From an uncultured Alphaproteobacteria bacterium (GTDB lineage: Bacteria; Pseudomonadota; Alphaproteobacteria; Rs-D84), in the NCBI GenBank assembly GCA_947589625.1, contig CANQCM010000001.1:1-32641 (forward strand): a stretch of DNA of 32,641 nucleotides, in the 5' to 3' direction. Below are positions 6,938 through 16,873 of the stretch, piece by piece. The notes beneath the pieces are model-generated. The model did not search any database, was not told the origin of the DNA, and worked only from the letters and a program-made list of their open reading frames with translations. The stretch's first letter is position 1; each line of letters begins with the position of its first letter. A program made the translations under genes and the position numbers.

Positions 6938-8017
6938 ATGGGATTCAATTGTGGAATTGTTGGTTTGCCAAATGTTGGAAAATCTACATTGTTTAATGCA
7001 TTAACGCAAAGTGCTGCCGCAGATGCGCAAAATTATCCTTTCTGCACGATAGAGCCAAATACAGGTCGTGTTGTTGTGCCTGATGAAACATTGTTAAAAT
7101 TGGCGGCATGTTGTAATTCTGCGAAAATAATACCGACACAACTAGAAATTGTTGATATTGCAGGTCTGGTCAAAGGCGCATCACAGGGCGAAGGGCTGGG
7201 CAATAAATTTTTAGGTAATATTTTATCCACAGACGCGATTATTCATGTTGTTCGCTGTTTTGAAAATGACGATATTGTTCATGTAAATGGTAAAATAGAT
7301 CCGTTAAGTGATATTGACACAATTGAAACAGAATTAATGTTGGCAGATATAGAAAGTCTGGATAAACAAATAAAAAATCTTGAAAAGAAAGCACATGGAC
7401 TTGATAAAGTTGCAATTAAATTATTAGAGGCAGCAAATAAAATTCGTGCTGGTTTATCATCTGGCATACCAGCCCGAAACACAAGCCCAGATGCATGCGC
7501 GTTTAATTTATTAACTGCAAAACCTGTGATTTATGTTTGTAATGTAGAAGAAGCATCTGCGGCAAATGGAAATAAATTTTCAGATATGGTGGTTGAAAAA
7601 TTTGGAAAAATTGCGCCTGTTTTAATTATTTCATCAAAAATAGAAATGGAAATTTCACAAATTGTTGACCCAGAAGAACGCAAAATGTTTTTAGATGAAC
7701 TGGGGTTGCAAGAATCAGGACTTGATAAAATTATTCGTACAGGTTATGAAACATTGGGATTACAAACATTTTATACAGTTGGACCAAAAGAAGCGCACGC
7801 TTGGACAATTACGCGTGGCATGACTGCGCCACAGGCAGCGGGCAAAATTCACACAGATTTTGAACGCGGATTTATTCGTGCAGAAATAATTTCACCCCAA
7901 GATTTTCTTGAACTGGGTGGTGAAGTGGCTGTTAAAGAAGCAGGAAAAATGCGCCTTGTTGGTAAAGATTATGTTATGCAAAATGGTGATATATGCCATT
8001 TCTTGTTTAATAATTAA
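6938..8017 (+). CDS. ychF: Ribosome-binding ATPase YchF (Obg-like)
   Basis: 359 aa. Has the G1 motif GIVGLPNVGKSTLFNALT and the conserved C-terminal TGS-like region (HTDFERGFIRAE). AAAGGA RBS. Confidence 0.93.
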   Translation: MGFNCGIVGLPNVGKSTLFNALTQSAAADAQNYPFCTIEPNTGRVVVPDETLLKLAACCNSAKIIPTQLEIVDIAGLVKGASQGEGLGNKFLGNILSTDAIIHVVRCFENDDIVHVNGKIDPLSDIDTIETELMLADIESLDKQIKNLEKKAHGLDKVAIKLLEAANKIRAGLSSGIPARNTSPDACAFNLLTAKPVIYVCNVEEASAANGNKFSDMVVEKFGKIAPVLIISSKIEMEISQIVDPEERKMFLDELGLQESGLDKIIRTGYETLGLQTFYTVGPKEAHAWTITRGMTAPQAAGKIHTDFERGFIRAEIISPQDFLELGGEVAVKEAGKMRLVGKDYVMQNGDICHFLFNN

Positions 8018-9633
8018 ACAATATCTGTAATTGTTTCAAGTTTTTCGCGGCATTTGGCGATTTCTGCGTCTATTTGATTTACGCGTTCCATGTCGCCCGC
8101 CGCACCAGAAACAATGTCTGCCATCGCAGATTTTTTTTCTTGGATTAATTTTTTTATTCTGTTGTTTAACTTTAATGAAACGATATATTTTTCCGCCGAT
8201 GTAAAATCAAGATTTTGTTCAGGCGCACTGTCATCAAGTGATATATTTAATGATGCCAAAAATTCTGCATGCCGTTCTGCCAATTCTGGATATTTAATCG
8301 CAATATATGTCAAAGTATTACGTGTCAATGAATCAATATCAGGAACATCAATTACGGGCGCGTCAGATTTCTTTTTCCATTTATGCCAAGCGTTAAATTT
8401 GCGTGAATTATATTCATTTTCATATTCCGCGCGTAATTTTATATCGGTAATTTTTGAAATTTGCGATGTTAGAAATTTTTCTGCCTGTGTGCGACCATTT
8501 GGTGTATTTATCAAATAATTTTTATTTACAGTATTCCATAAAAAATCAACCAAAGGTGTTGCGCTGTCTATAATTTTACGCATTGCATCAACACCTGATG
8601 TTTTTAATACTTCGTCTGGATCTTTGCCACCTGTTACAAATGCAAATTTCACATCAGAATTATCGCGCAAAAATGGCATAACAATTCCGCATGCACGCAC
8701 AGCCGCCTTTTGCCCAGCATTATCGCCATCAAAACAGAAAACAATATTACGATTGGATTTACATAAAATAGCGATATGTTCTTCGGTCAGTGCTGTTCCC
8801 AGTGGTGCAATAGTTTCTGGAAAACCGTTATTTTGCATTTGAATTGCGTCAATTTGGCCTTCTACCACGATACTGCGATTCGCACGGTGGATTGCATCGC
8901 GCGCGAAGTTAAGTCCAAAAATTGTGTGCCGTTTATGAAATAGTTCTGTATCAGATGTATTTATATATTTTGGTTCACTGCCGTCAAGGCTGCGCCCAGA
9001 AAAAGCAACAATTTGACCACGCGGTGAAAAAATAGGAAACATTAATTTATCACGAAAAAAATCGTATAAACCATAATCACCGCGCCGACAAAGACCGGTA
9101 TTAATAACATTTTCCATGCGCGTATTTACAAATTTATTTGAAATAATGTTATTTTTTGGTGCATAACCAATGCGGTATTTTTTTATCATTTCATCTGAAA
9201 AACCGCGGCGGCGAATATATTCTAATGCATGCGCACCATCGGGTGAAAATAATTTTTCAGTATATATTTTGCATGCTGTATCCATTATATCAAAATAAGA
9301 TTCTTCGCGCGCAATTTGCTCGTCAGATTTTGGTTTGTATTCTGGTAATTTTAATCCAGCCTGTGCAGCAAGTTCTGTGATAGCAGCGCGAAAATCAATA
9401 TTATTTATTTTCATTGTAAAAGAAATAATATCGCCATGTTCGCCACAACCAAAACAATGATAAAAACCTTTTTCTTCACTGACAGAAAAACTTGGTGTTT
9501 TTTCATTATGAAACGGACAGCAACCCCAATAATTTTGACCTTTTTTTACTAGTGGCACACGTCTGGACACAACATCAACGATTGATAATCGTGTACGTAA
9601 TTCATCTGTAAAATTTCTGTCATAAGATGCCAT
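8014..9633 (-). CDS. dnaG: DNA primase
   Basis: 539 aa. Zinc-binding motif CCPFHNEKTPSFSV...YHCFGCGEHGD. TOPRIM motifs VVEGQIDAI and FDGDNAGQKA. Confidence 0.93.
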   Translation of the reverse strand: MASYDRNFTDELRTRLSIVDVVSRRVPLVKKGQNYWGCCPFHNEKTPSFSVSEEKGFYHCFGCGEHGDIISFTMKINNIDFRAAITELAAQAGLKLPEYKPKSDEQIAREESYFDIMDTACKIYTEKLFSPDGAHALEYIRRRGFSDEMIKKYRIGYAPKNNIISNKFVNTRMENVINTGLCRRGDYGLYDFFRDKLMFPIFSPRGQIVAFSGRSLDGSEPKYINTSDTELFHKRHTIFGLNFARDAIHRANRSIVVEGQIDAIQMQNNGFPETIAPLGTALTEEHIAILCKSNRNIVFCFDGDNAGQKAAVRACGIVMPFLRDNSDVKFAFVTGGKDPDEVLKTSGVDAMRKIIDSATPLVDFLWNTVNKNYLINTPNGRTQAEKFLTSQISKITDIKLRAEYENEYNSRKFNAWHKWKKKSDAPVIDVPDIDSLTRNTLTYIAIKYPELAERHAEFLASLNISLDDSAPEQNLDFTSAEKYIVSLKLNNRIKKLIQEKKSAMADIVSGAAGDMERVNQIDAEIAKCREKLETITDIV

Positions 9634-11891
9634 TATTTCCGTTTGAATCTGGTAAATTTATGTGTTGGTTGTTTGTTATTTATTAAATCTATTGCGGTTT
9701 GCAAATCAGGCTTTTCTTTCACACCGACATTAACGCGATTTGATGAAATATATGGCCCATATCTGCCAGATGAATAATAATAAATTTGTTTTCCAGTATT
9801 TGGATTTTCACCAAGAATTTCGGGCTCCTGCTTTTTTGTACCGCCATTTAACAATTCGCGCGCAATATCAAGAGTTATTGTTTCTGATGTATAATTTTTA
9901 GCAGACGCATTTTTTTTACCGTTCGTGACATACGGCCCAAATTTTCCAATTTTGAACACAATATTTTCACCCAAATCAACAGACGCAGCCGTGGCAGGTT
10001 TTTCCACAGAATTTTCAGGCGTCCCACTATTATCACCCGATTCAAATCGTTTTGTAAAATTGCATTTTGGATAATTTTCACAACCAATAAATGCACCAAA
10101 CTTGGACAGTTTTAATCCCAGTTTTCCGCCACATAGCGGACAGATATTATTTCCATCTGATGCCAAATGCGCCGCCATAGATTCATTTAATGAATTTATA
10201 ATATCTGTGGTTTTTACACCGCGCGCATCATCAATCATAGATTTCGTTGGTGTCCAGAAATCTTTTAACGCGTCCAATTTTTTTTGTTTGCCATTTGAAA
10301 CATCGTCCAGAGTATCTTCGGTTTTTGCGGTAAAATTAACATCAACCAGTTCAGAAAAATATTTTTCCAAATAAGATGCAATAACCCAACCGCCAGATGT
10401 CGGGTGAAAACGGCGTTGTTTATCTTGTTCAACATATTTGCGGTCTACAATCGTAGACATAATTGTTGCGTATGTTGACGGACGCCCGATTCCCAACTCT
10501 TCCAGTTTTTTTACCAAAGATGCCTCGGTATAACGCGCAGGTGGTTGTGTGAAATGTTGTTCAGAATTTAGTTTATTTATTTCAATTTTTTCGCCAATTT
10601 CTAATGGTGGTAATTTATTATCGTCTTTATCAGAATCGTCATCGCGTGCCTCGGTATAAACGCGTGTAAAACCATCAAAAGTTTTTGTAGAACCAGACGC
10701 ATGGAATATTGCATTTTTTGTGGCGATATCGGCACTGACGCCATCAAATTCTGCATTTGTCATTTGACATGCAATAGTACGTTTCCAAATCAAATCGTAT
10801 AATCTTTCTTCGTCACCAGATACATTTGGCGCACTGCCATCAAAGTGTGTAGGACGAATCGCCTCGTGCGCTTCTTGGGCATTTTTAGATTTTGTAATAT
10901 AAATATTTGGTGCGTGTGGTACAAACGCGTCGCCATAATTTTTTGCAATATATTCGCGAATTTCCGCCACCGCGTCTGCTGACAAATTTGTTGCGTCTGT
11001 ACGCATATATGTAATTAAACCTTGTTCATATAATTTTTGTGCAGCCACCATTGTGCGTTTAGACGAAAAGAATAATTTACGCGCCGCTTCTTGTTGTAAT
11101 GTACTGGTTGTAAAAGGTGCAGCGGCACGTCGCGAAGTATGCTTTTTATCAATTGTTTTGACTGTGCCAGTTATTACAGGCGCGCCAACTGCGTTCAAGA
11201 TTTTATTCATTTCATCTTGATTTTTAATTGATAATTTTTCAATTTTTTGTCCGTCAAATTGCGTTAAATTTGCAACAAATGCGCCACTGTCTGATTTGCA
11301 TTCTGCGTCCAATGACCAATATTCAACAGGCTTAAACGATTCTATTTCGCGTTCGCGATCAACAACTAATTTTACCGCCACAGATTGCACACGGCCAGCA
11401 GATTTACCAAGGTTTCGCCGCCACAGTAATGGTGAAATACCAAAACCAATTAAATAATCCAATGCGCGGCGAACCATATACGCATCAACTAAATCATTAT
11501 CAATTTCGCGCGGATTTTCAATTGCCGCCAAAACCGCCTTTTTAGTAATTTCATGAAACGCAACGCGATAAACTTTTTTATCTTTTAATAATTTTTTTGC
11601 GTTTAATATATCCAGTATATGCCATGCAATCGCCTCGCCTTCGCGGTCAGGATCTGATGCCAGATATACTGCATCGGCTTGTTTTAATTCATCAGTAATA
11701 ATTTTTAACTGTTTTTCTTTGCCTGGCATAATTTGCCAACGCATTTGAAAGTCTTTATCTGGGTCAACACTGCCGTTTTCAGGAACTAAATCACGAATAT
11801 GACCAACAGACGCAACAACATGCCAGCCATTGCCCAGATATTTTTCAATTGTTTTTGCTTTGGACGGTGATTCAACAATAAGTAAATTCAT
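9633..11891 (-). CDS. topA: DNA topoisomerase I
   Basis: 752 aa. TOPRIM motifs LLIVESPSKAKTI and SDPDREGEAIAWH. Active-site Tyr context GLITYMRTD. C-terminal Zn-ribbon CPLCGG...CENYPKC. The stop shares one nt with the dnaG ATG (TAATG). Confidence 0.93.
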   Translation of the reverse strand: MNLLIVESPSKAKTIEKYLGNGWHVVASVGHIRDLVPENGSVDPDKDFQMRWQIMPGKEKQLKIITDELKQADAVYLASDPDREGEAIAWHILDILNAKKLLKDKKVYRVAFHEITKKAVLAAIENPREIDNDLVDAYMVRRALDYLIGFGISPLLWRRNLGKSAGRVQSVAVKLVVDREREIESFKPVEYWSLDAECKSDSGAFVANLTQFDGQKIEKLSIKNQDEMNKILNAVGAPVITGTVKTIDKKHTSRRAAAPFTTSTLQQEAARKLFFSSKRTMVAAQKLYEQGLITYMRTDATNLSADAVAEIREYIAKNYGDAFVPHAPNIYITKSKNAQEAHEAIRPTHFDGSAPNVSGDEERLYDLIWKRTIACQMTNAEFDGVSADIATKNAIFHASGSTKTFDGFTRVYTEARDDDSDKDDNKLPPLEIGEKIEINKLNSEQHFTQPPARYTEASLVKKLEELGIGRPSTYATIMSTIVDRKYVEQDKQRRFHPTSGGWVIASYLEKYFSELVDVNFTAKTEDTLDDVSNGKQKKLDALKDFWTPTKSMIDDARGVKTTDIINSLNESMAAHLASDGNNICPLCGGKLGLKLSKFGAFIGCENYPKCNFTKRFESGDNSGTPENSVEKPATAASVDLGENIVFKIGKFGPYVTNGKKNASAKNYTSETITLDIARELLNGGTKKQEPEILGENPNTGKQIYYYSSGRYGPYISSNRVNVGVKEKPDLQTAIDLINNKQPTHKFTRFKRK

Positions 11892-11894
11892 TTT

Positions 11895-13040
11895 TTAACT
11901 TCCTTTGGCAGACAATTGTTGGTCTTTATGAATATGTGCGTTTTGGCAAAGTCCAAACCCAAACATCAGTGATAACAGGCTGCTGCCGCCGAAAGACATC
12001 AATGGCAACGGCACACCCACAGTTGGCATTAGACCCAACACCATTGCAATATTTATAAAATAATAAATGAAAAAGTTCAACATAAAACCAAAACAGACCA
12101 GTTGCCCAAACCGATTTCTGCATGTTTTTGCGCACCAAAATAAGATAAATACCATAAATGTATATATTGCCAACAGTACAAACGCGCCCAAGAAACCAAA
12201 TTCTTCGCCCAGCATAGTAAATATGAAATCTGTCTGTTTTTCTGGCAAAAATGATTGTTGCGATTGCGACCCATGCAAATATCCTTTGCCAATAATACCG
12301 CCAGAACCAAATGCGATTTTTGCCTGATTTATTTGATAACCTGCGCCTTGGGCATCAATATCAGGATTTATAAAAGTTATAATTCTGTCGCGTTGATAGT
12401 CGTGCAGACCACCATACCAAACCAAAGGAGTGGCTAAAATACCCAGAATCGCGGCAATTACAAACCATTTCTTTTGCGCGCCAACAATATAAAACATGCC
12501 AACTGTAATCATGCCTAATGATAACGCAGTACCTAAATCAGGTTGCGCGACAATCAGACCAAACGGTACCAGCATTAATAAAACAGGCACAATGTAATTT
12601 TTTATCTGTGCCAGTTCAACAGAATTTAACCATGCAAAATAACGCGCCAAAGCCAACACCAGTGCAATTTTAATAAATTCTGATGGTTGTATATGAATAA
12701 AGCCCAAATTTAACCATCGCTGGGCGCCCATACCTGTATGTCCAACAAATGTAACCAATATAATCATAACCAGCGCGATTGCGTAAATAACATATGCTGA
12801 TTTAACCCAAGTTTTAATATTAGTAAATGCCGCAATCCAGAACACAACAAAACCCATTAAAATTTTCATCAATTGCGATAATGCAAACGGGCGCCATGCG
12901 CCACCACCTGCAGAATACAGAACAACAATAGACATCGCCATAATCAAACACAATGGAATAAACATCAGCCATGAAAAACGCGACAGTTTTTCAGAAAAAT
13001 TCATCATTGATGCGTTTGAAACACGTGTCTGATTTGCCAT
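11895..13040 (-). CDS. rodA: Peptidoglycan glycosyltransferase RodA (SEDS family)
   Basis: Polytopic membrane protein of the FtsW/RodA family, located directly after PBP2 and mreCD. The start was moved from the track's 13109 to ATG 13040, 1 nt after the mrdA stop. The longer version overlaps mrdA by 68 nt. Confidence 0.88.
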   Translation of the reverse strand: MANQTRVSNASMMNFSEKLSRFSWLMFIPLCLIMAMSIVVLYSAGGGAWRPFALSQLMKILMGFVVFWIAAFTNIKTWVKSAYVIYAIALVMIILVTFVGHTGMGAQRWLNLGFIHIQPSEFIKIALVLALARYFAWLNSVELAQIKNYIVPVLLMLVPFGLIVAQPDLGTALSLGMITVGMFYIVGAQKKWFVIAAILGILATPLVWYGGLHDYQRDRIITFINPDIDAQGAGYQINQAKIAFGSGGIIGKGYLHGSQSQQSFLPEKQTDFIFTMLGEEFGFLGAFVLLAIYTFMVFILFWCAKTCRNRFGQLVCFGFMLNFFIYYFINIAMVLGLMPTVGVPLPLMSFGGSSLLSLMFGFGLCQNAHIHKDQQLSAKGS

Positions 13041-13041
13041 G

Positions 13042-14808
13042 TTATTTTTGTCCCTGTAATATAGCCCGCATAGTTGCCGCCGCGGTACGTGCCGCAGGCC
13101 CAGAACCACCAGAATGTTCTGTTATAACACATACTGCATATTTCGGATTATCCAGTGGCGCAAAACCAACAAACAAACCATGATTTCGCATATTCCATTT
13201 TAATTGTTCGTTTGTTAAAACACCGCTAAGTCTTTCTGCGCGTGATATAGAACGAACCTGTGCAGTTCCTGTTTTGCCACCCATACGCGCGCCGTTTATG
13301 TTTATTGCGCTGCCTGCGGCAGTACCGCCAGCGCGCAAAACTTCTGCCATGCCGTCCATAACATATTTTATATTTTTTTGTTGCAGACCCAATGATTTGA
13401 AGTTTGCTTTTTTATCGCTTTTGATAATATGCGGCACAATTTTCCGATTTGATGTCGCGCGCGCAACCATTGTTGCCAATTGCAGACAATTTGCTAAAAC
13501 ATAACCTTGACCAATTCCAGAAATAATCGTGTCCCCATGAACCCAGCGCGCACCGATATTTTTTTCTTTCCAAATTCTGTCTGGAATAATGCCTGCCATT
13601 TCGCGTGGCATAACATCGCCCAGAAATTTTTCTGTGAACCCTAGTTTTACAGCCATATCTTTGATTGCATCAATACCAATACGCAACGCAACCTGATAAA
13701 AATAAATATCGCATGAATGTTTTAATGCACCCTGTAAATCAACCCAACCATGACCGTCAGATTCCCAACAGTGATAACGATGGTCGCCATATTCCCAAAA
13801 TCCAGGGCAATAGATTTTTTCGTTCGGTGTAATTGCGCCAGATTCTAATGCTGCCAACGCAACAACAATCTTGAATGTTGACCCAGGTGGATATAAACCT
13901 TCTATTGTTTTATTTACAAATGGTTTGCTGGGGTCAGAACGCAGATTTTCAATATATTCTTCGTCTTCAAAATTATTTGCATCAAAACTGGGCGTAGAAA
14001 CCATTGCCAGAATATCGCCCGATTGAATATCCAGTAAAACGCCACAGCCTGCATTATGTAATGTCAATGCATCATACATTGCGCGTTGCGCAGTGTCGTT
14101 TATTGTTGTCTGAATATCGGCGCCGATTTTTGGTGCAATATATTGTGATTTATCTTCGCCTGTTATGCGCCCTACTGCATTTGCAATCATAACTGTTTGC
14201 CCAGGCGTACCAGATAAAACATTGTTATATTTTTTTTCAAGACCCGTGATACCAGTGGTAAAAAATGGTGCATTTGGCACAGGCGCATCAGGCGCACCAA
14301 CATACCCAAAAACTTGTGCGCCAGCAGGCCCCATTTCGTACACACGGGCAAATCCGCTGCGTACATGCAGACCTTCAAGATTTTTCGCCTGTAATTTTGC
14401 AAGGCTGTCCCAATCGGAATTTTGGCTGACCAGAACAGGTTGAAATGGTGCTTGTTTTTTTATTCGCTTGTAGATTTTATCAACAGTTTTTTTACTTAAA
14501 TTCAATTCTGTGGAAACTGTTTTAACCAGTGCGTCAATATCAGGCGTTTCTTCGGGAATAATATAAATGCGATATGTGGGCGCATCGTGTGTAATTGCTG
14601 CGCCAGACGCAGATAATATCTGACCGCGTTGTGGCATATCAATCTGGATACGGAAAGAATTATTCTCGCTTTTTTTAGTATATTCGCGATAATCAAACAA
14701 TTGCATTTGCAACATTCGCATCACTAATACAGATGTTAAAATCGTGCCTGTGGTTAAAAACAAAGCACTGCGACGGTCAAAAGTGCGTGCGACTTCGTTA
14801 TCTATCAT
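13042..14808 (-). CDS. mrdA: Penicillin-binding protein 2 (elongasome transpeptidase)
   Basis: Has the SxxK motif (GSTFKIV) and KTG motif (GKTGTAQ), plus an N-terminal TM anchor. ATG 14808 is preceded by AAAGGG at 6 nt. The track start at 14811 is a GTG only 3 nt after that RBS. Confidence 0.9.
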   Translation of the reverse strand: MIDNEVARTFDRRSALFLTTGTILTSVLVMRMLQMQLFDYREYTKKSENNSFRIQIDMPQRGQILSASGAAITHDAPTYRIYIIPEETPDIDALVKTVSTELNLSKKTVDKIYKRIKKQAPFQPVLVSQNSDWDSLAKLQAKNLEGLHVRSGFARVYEMGPAGAQVFGYVGAPDAPVPNAPFFTTGITGLEKKYNNVLSGTPGQTVMIANAVGRITGEDKSQYIAPKIGADIQTTINDTAQRAMYDALTLHNAGCGVLLDIQSGDILAMVSTPSFDANNFEDEEYIENLRSDPSKPFVNKTIEGLYPPGSTFKIVVALAALESGAITPNEKIYCPGFWEYGDHRYHCWESDGHGWVDLQGALKHSCDIYFYQVALRIGIDAIKDMAVKLGFTEKFLGDVMPREMAGIIPDRIWKEKNIGARWVHGDTIISGIGQGYVLANCLQLATMVARATSNRKIVPHIIKSDKKANFKSLGLQQKNIKYVMDGMAEVLRAGGTAAGSAININGARMGGKTGTAQVRSISRAERLSGVLTNEQLKWNMRNHGLFVGFAPLDNPKYAVCVITEHSGGSGPAARTAAATMRAILQGQK

Positions 14809-15256
14809 CACAAACCCTTTTGATTAATTCTGTTATCGGAAAATACAAAACGCAACACCACGCCATCAGCCATAATCCGCGCGCCAGTATTGCAAATTTG
14901 AAATTTACCAGCGTCATGATAATCAACGCCACCGCTATAAAGCACGCAAATAAACCCAAACCATTACGATCTATATTACGCATATCAATAATGTTTTGGA
15001 AACCTGTAATTGCATATGTAAATAAAAATAATACTGTCCACAATAACAAGGTATCAAAGCGATAATCTATTAAAAAACAAAATATAACTGAAAACGGCAC
15101 AAACCACCGCACAGGGCGAATAAAAGAACAAAAAAATATCGGAATAATTGCTAAAATACCACCTGGATTCCAAAACGGTATCATTAGTCGCCACAGTATC
15201 AAGACCGCAAAAAACGGAAATGCAGCGCGACAAAAATTTATAATTTTTGGAATCAT
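14798..15256 (-). CDS. mreD: Rod shape-determining protein MreD
   Basis: 152-aa polytopic membrane protein lying between mreC and mrdA. It has an ATGA overlap with the mreC stop. The call rests mostly on position and hydrophobicity. Confidence 0.75.
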   Translation of the reverse strand: MIPKIINFCRAAFPFFAVLILWRLMIPFWNPGGILAIIPIFFCSFIRPVRWFVPFSVIFCFLIDYRFDTLLLWTVLFLFTYAITGFQNIIDMRNIDRNGLGLFACFIAVALIIMTLVNFKFAILARGLWLMAWCCVLYFPITELIKRVCDDR

Positions 15257-16074
15257 TTATATTCAGCCCCAATATCAAAATCTAGAATCATAACACGACT
15301 AAGTTTTTGTGGCGGAATAACGCGCACATCAGATTCATTTATCAATTCGCCAACAATCAGCCCATTTGGTAAAACACCACTGATATTACTGCTGACCAGT
15401 TTTATGCCAGATGTTGGTTGAAATTCTGGGTCACTAAAAAATCCAATTGTTGGGTTTGATGTGCCGTTACCTTGCAGAAAACCATATACTTCGGAACCTG
15501 CAACGCGTACAGCAATATTTGTATTTGCGTCTGTCAATGCGCGTATGCGTGAAAAATGCGATGCGACATCAATTATAATTCCAACCAGATAACCATCAGG
15601 CGAAATTGCAACCATGCCTTTTTCCAGACCTTTATTTGCGCCTTTATCTATTAAAAAAGTACTGTGATTAAATGCAGTGTTATCATAAATCACATCTGCA
15701 ACAATTGTGCGACGGGGCGAATTTTGCACAACATCTAATTCATGTGCCAGTTTTTGATTTTCATCAATTGCCACGTCGCACAAGTTTTTATTTGCCAACG
15801 CATCATCAAGGCGCGCGCGTAATTCTTCGTTTTCTTCGCGCAGATTAGACAATTCACGCAAGTTTGCCGCAACATTGCCCACTAATCGCACAGGATATGT
15901 AATTATATCGCCACAAACATTTGCCACAGGCAAAACAACATGCGCCAACCCGTTCATAATGCGATAATCTGGTTTTGCAATCATCACATATATAAACAAT
16001 ACAGGCAATACCGCGGCTGCGATTGCAGAACGTATAATTTGCCATGCGCGTGATGATAATCTGTTTTGGTTCAT
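15253..16074 (-). CDS. mreC: Rod shape-determining protein MreC
   Basis: N-terminal TM segment, a coiled-coil region (LRELSNLREENEELRARLDDA), and beta-rich C-terminal domains. The start was moved to ATG 16074; the track start at 16110 is a TTG. Confidence 0.85.
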   Translation of the reverse strand: MNQNRLSSRAWQIIRSAIAAAVLPVLFIYVMIAKPDYRIMNGLAHVVLPVANVCGDIITYPVRLVGNVAANLRELSNLREENEELRARLDDALANKNLCDVAIDENQKLAHELDVVQNSPRRTIVADVIYDNTAFNHSTFLIDKGANKGLEKGMVAISPDGYLVGIIIDVASHFSRIRALTDANTNIAVRVAGSEVYGFLQGNGTSNPTIGFFSDPEFQPTSGIKLVSSNISGVLPNGLIVGELINESDVRVIPPQKLSRVMILDFDIGAEYK

Positions 16075-16212
16075 GGTTATTACTTTAACCACTAAAATTT
16101 CAGGATTCAATAAAAACTTGATTTTTCTTTTTTATGTGCCACAATAGTGCCGTGTTTAATCAGCCAAAGTGGCAATTGGCATTGCCATCAGGCGAAAATA
16201 AGAGGTTAAAAA

Positions 16213-16416
16213 ATGCCAAAATTAAAAACCAAGTCGTACTTGAAAAAGCGCGCATCTATGACCGCAACGGGTAAAATCCGTGTTGCCAGAAATGCCCACA
16301 AGAAATTGTTGCGCCACAAATCAAAACGCGCAAACAATGCTGGGTCAAAACCACAATATTTGAACGAAAACATGGTGTCGCAGGCAAAAACTCTTGCGCC
16401 ATACGGTTTGAAATAA
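16213..16416 (+). CDS. rpmI: 50S ribosomal protein L35
   Basis: 67 aa, beginning MPKLKTKSYLKKRASMTATGKI. AAGAGG RBS. Followed by rplT. Confidence 0.93.
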   Translation: MPKLKTKSYLKKRASMTATGKIRVARNAHKKLLRHKSKRANNAGSKPQYLNENMVSQAKTLAPYGLK

Positions 16417-16432
16417 TTAAAGGGGTCTTATC

Positions 16433-16801
16433 ATGGCAAGAGTAAAACGCGGTACAACCGTTAAACAAAAACATAATAAAATTCTGGCACGCGCCAAAGG
16501 TTATTTGGGTCGTCACAGCACGACATATCGTGCCGCACGCGAAAAAACAGAAAAGGCTGGACAATACGCATATCGCGACCGCCATGTGAAAAAACGCGAA
16601 TTTCGTGGTTTGTGGATTGTTCGTATAAATGCCGCTGTGCGTGAAAATGGTTTAACATACAGCCAATTTATGAACGGCTTAAAGAAAGCTGGTGTTGCGC
16701 TGGACCGCAAGGTTTTGGCAGAAATGGCGTATGCAGGCGATGAAAACTTTTCTCGTCTGGTTGAATTGGCAAAACGATTTATCGGTGGGGACAATAAATA
16801 A
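16433..16801 (+). CDS. rplT: 50S ribosomal protein L20
   Basis: 122 aa, beginning [24 protein letters not shown], a typical L20 N-terminus. Confidence 0.95.
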   Translation: MARVKRGTTVKQKHNKILARAKGYLGRHSTTYRAAREKTEKAGQYAYRDRHVKKREFRGLWIVRINAAVRENGLTYSQFMNGLKKAGVALDRKVLAEMAYAGDENFSRLVELAKRFIGGDNK

Positions 16802-16837
16802 ACCCTTGGCGGTAAGGTTTTGTTTTGCAATAATAAA

Positions 16838-16865
16838 AGCCGTCAATGACGGCTTTTTATTTTTT
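16838..16865 (+). terminator. Rho-independent terminator/attenuator between rplT and pheS
   Basis: AGCCGTC (16838..16844), loop AAT, GACGGCT (16848..16854), then TTTTTATTTTTT. The T-tract ends about 9 nt before the first possible pheS ATG. Confidence 0.75.
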
Positions 16866-16873
16866 AACATATA

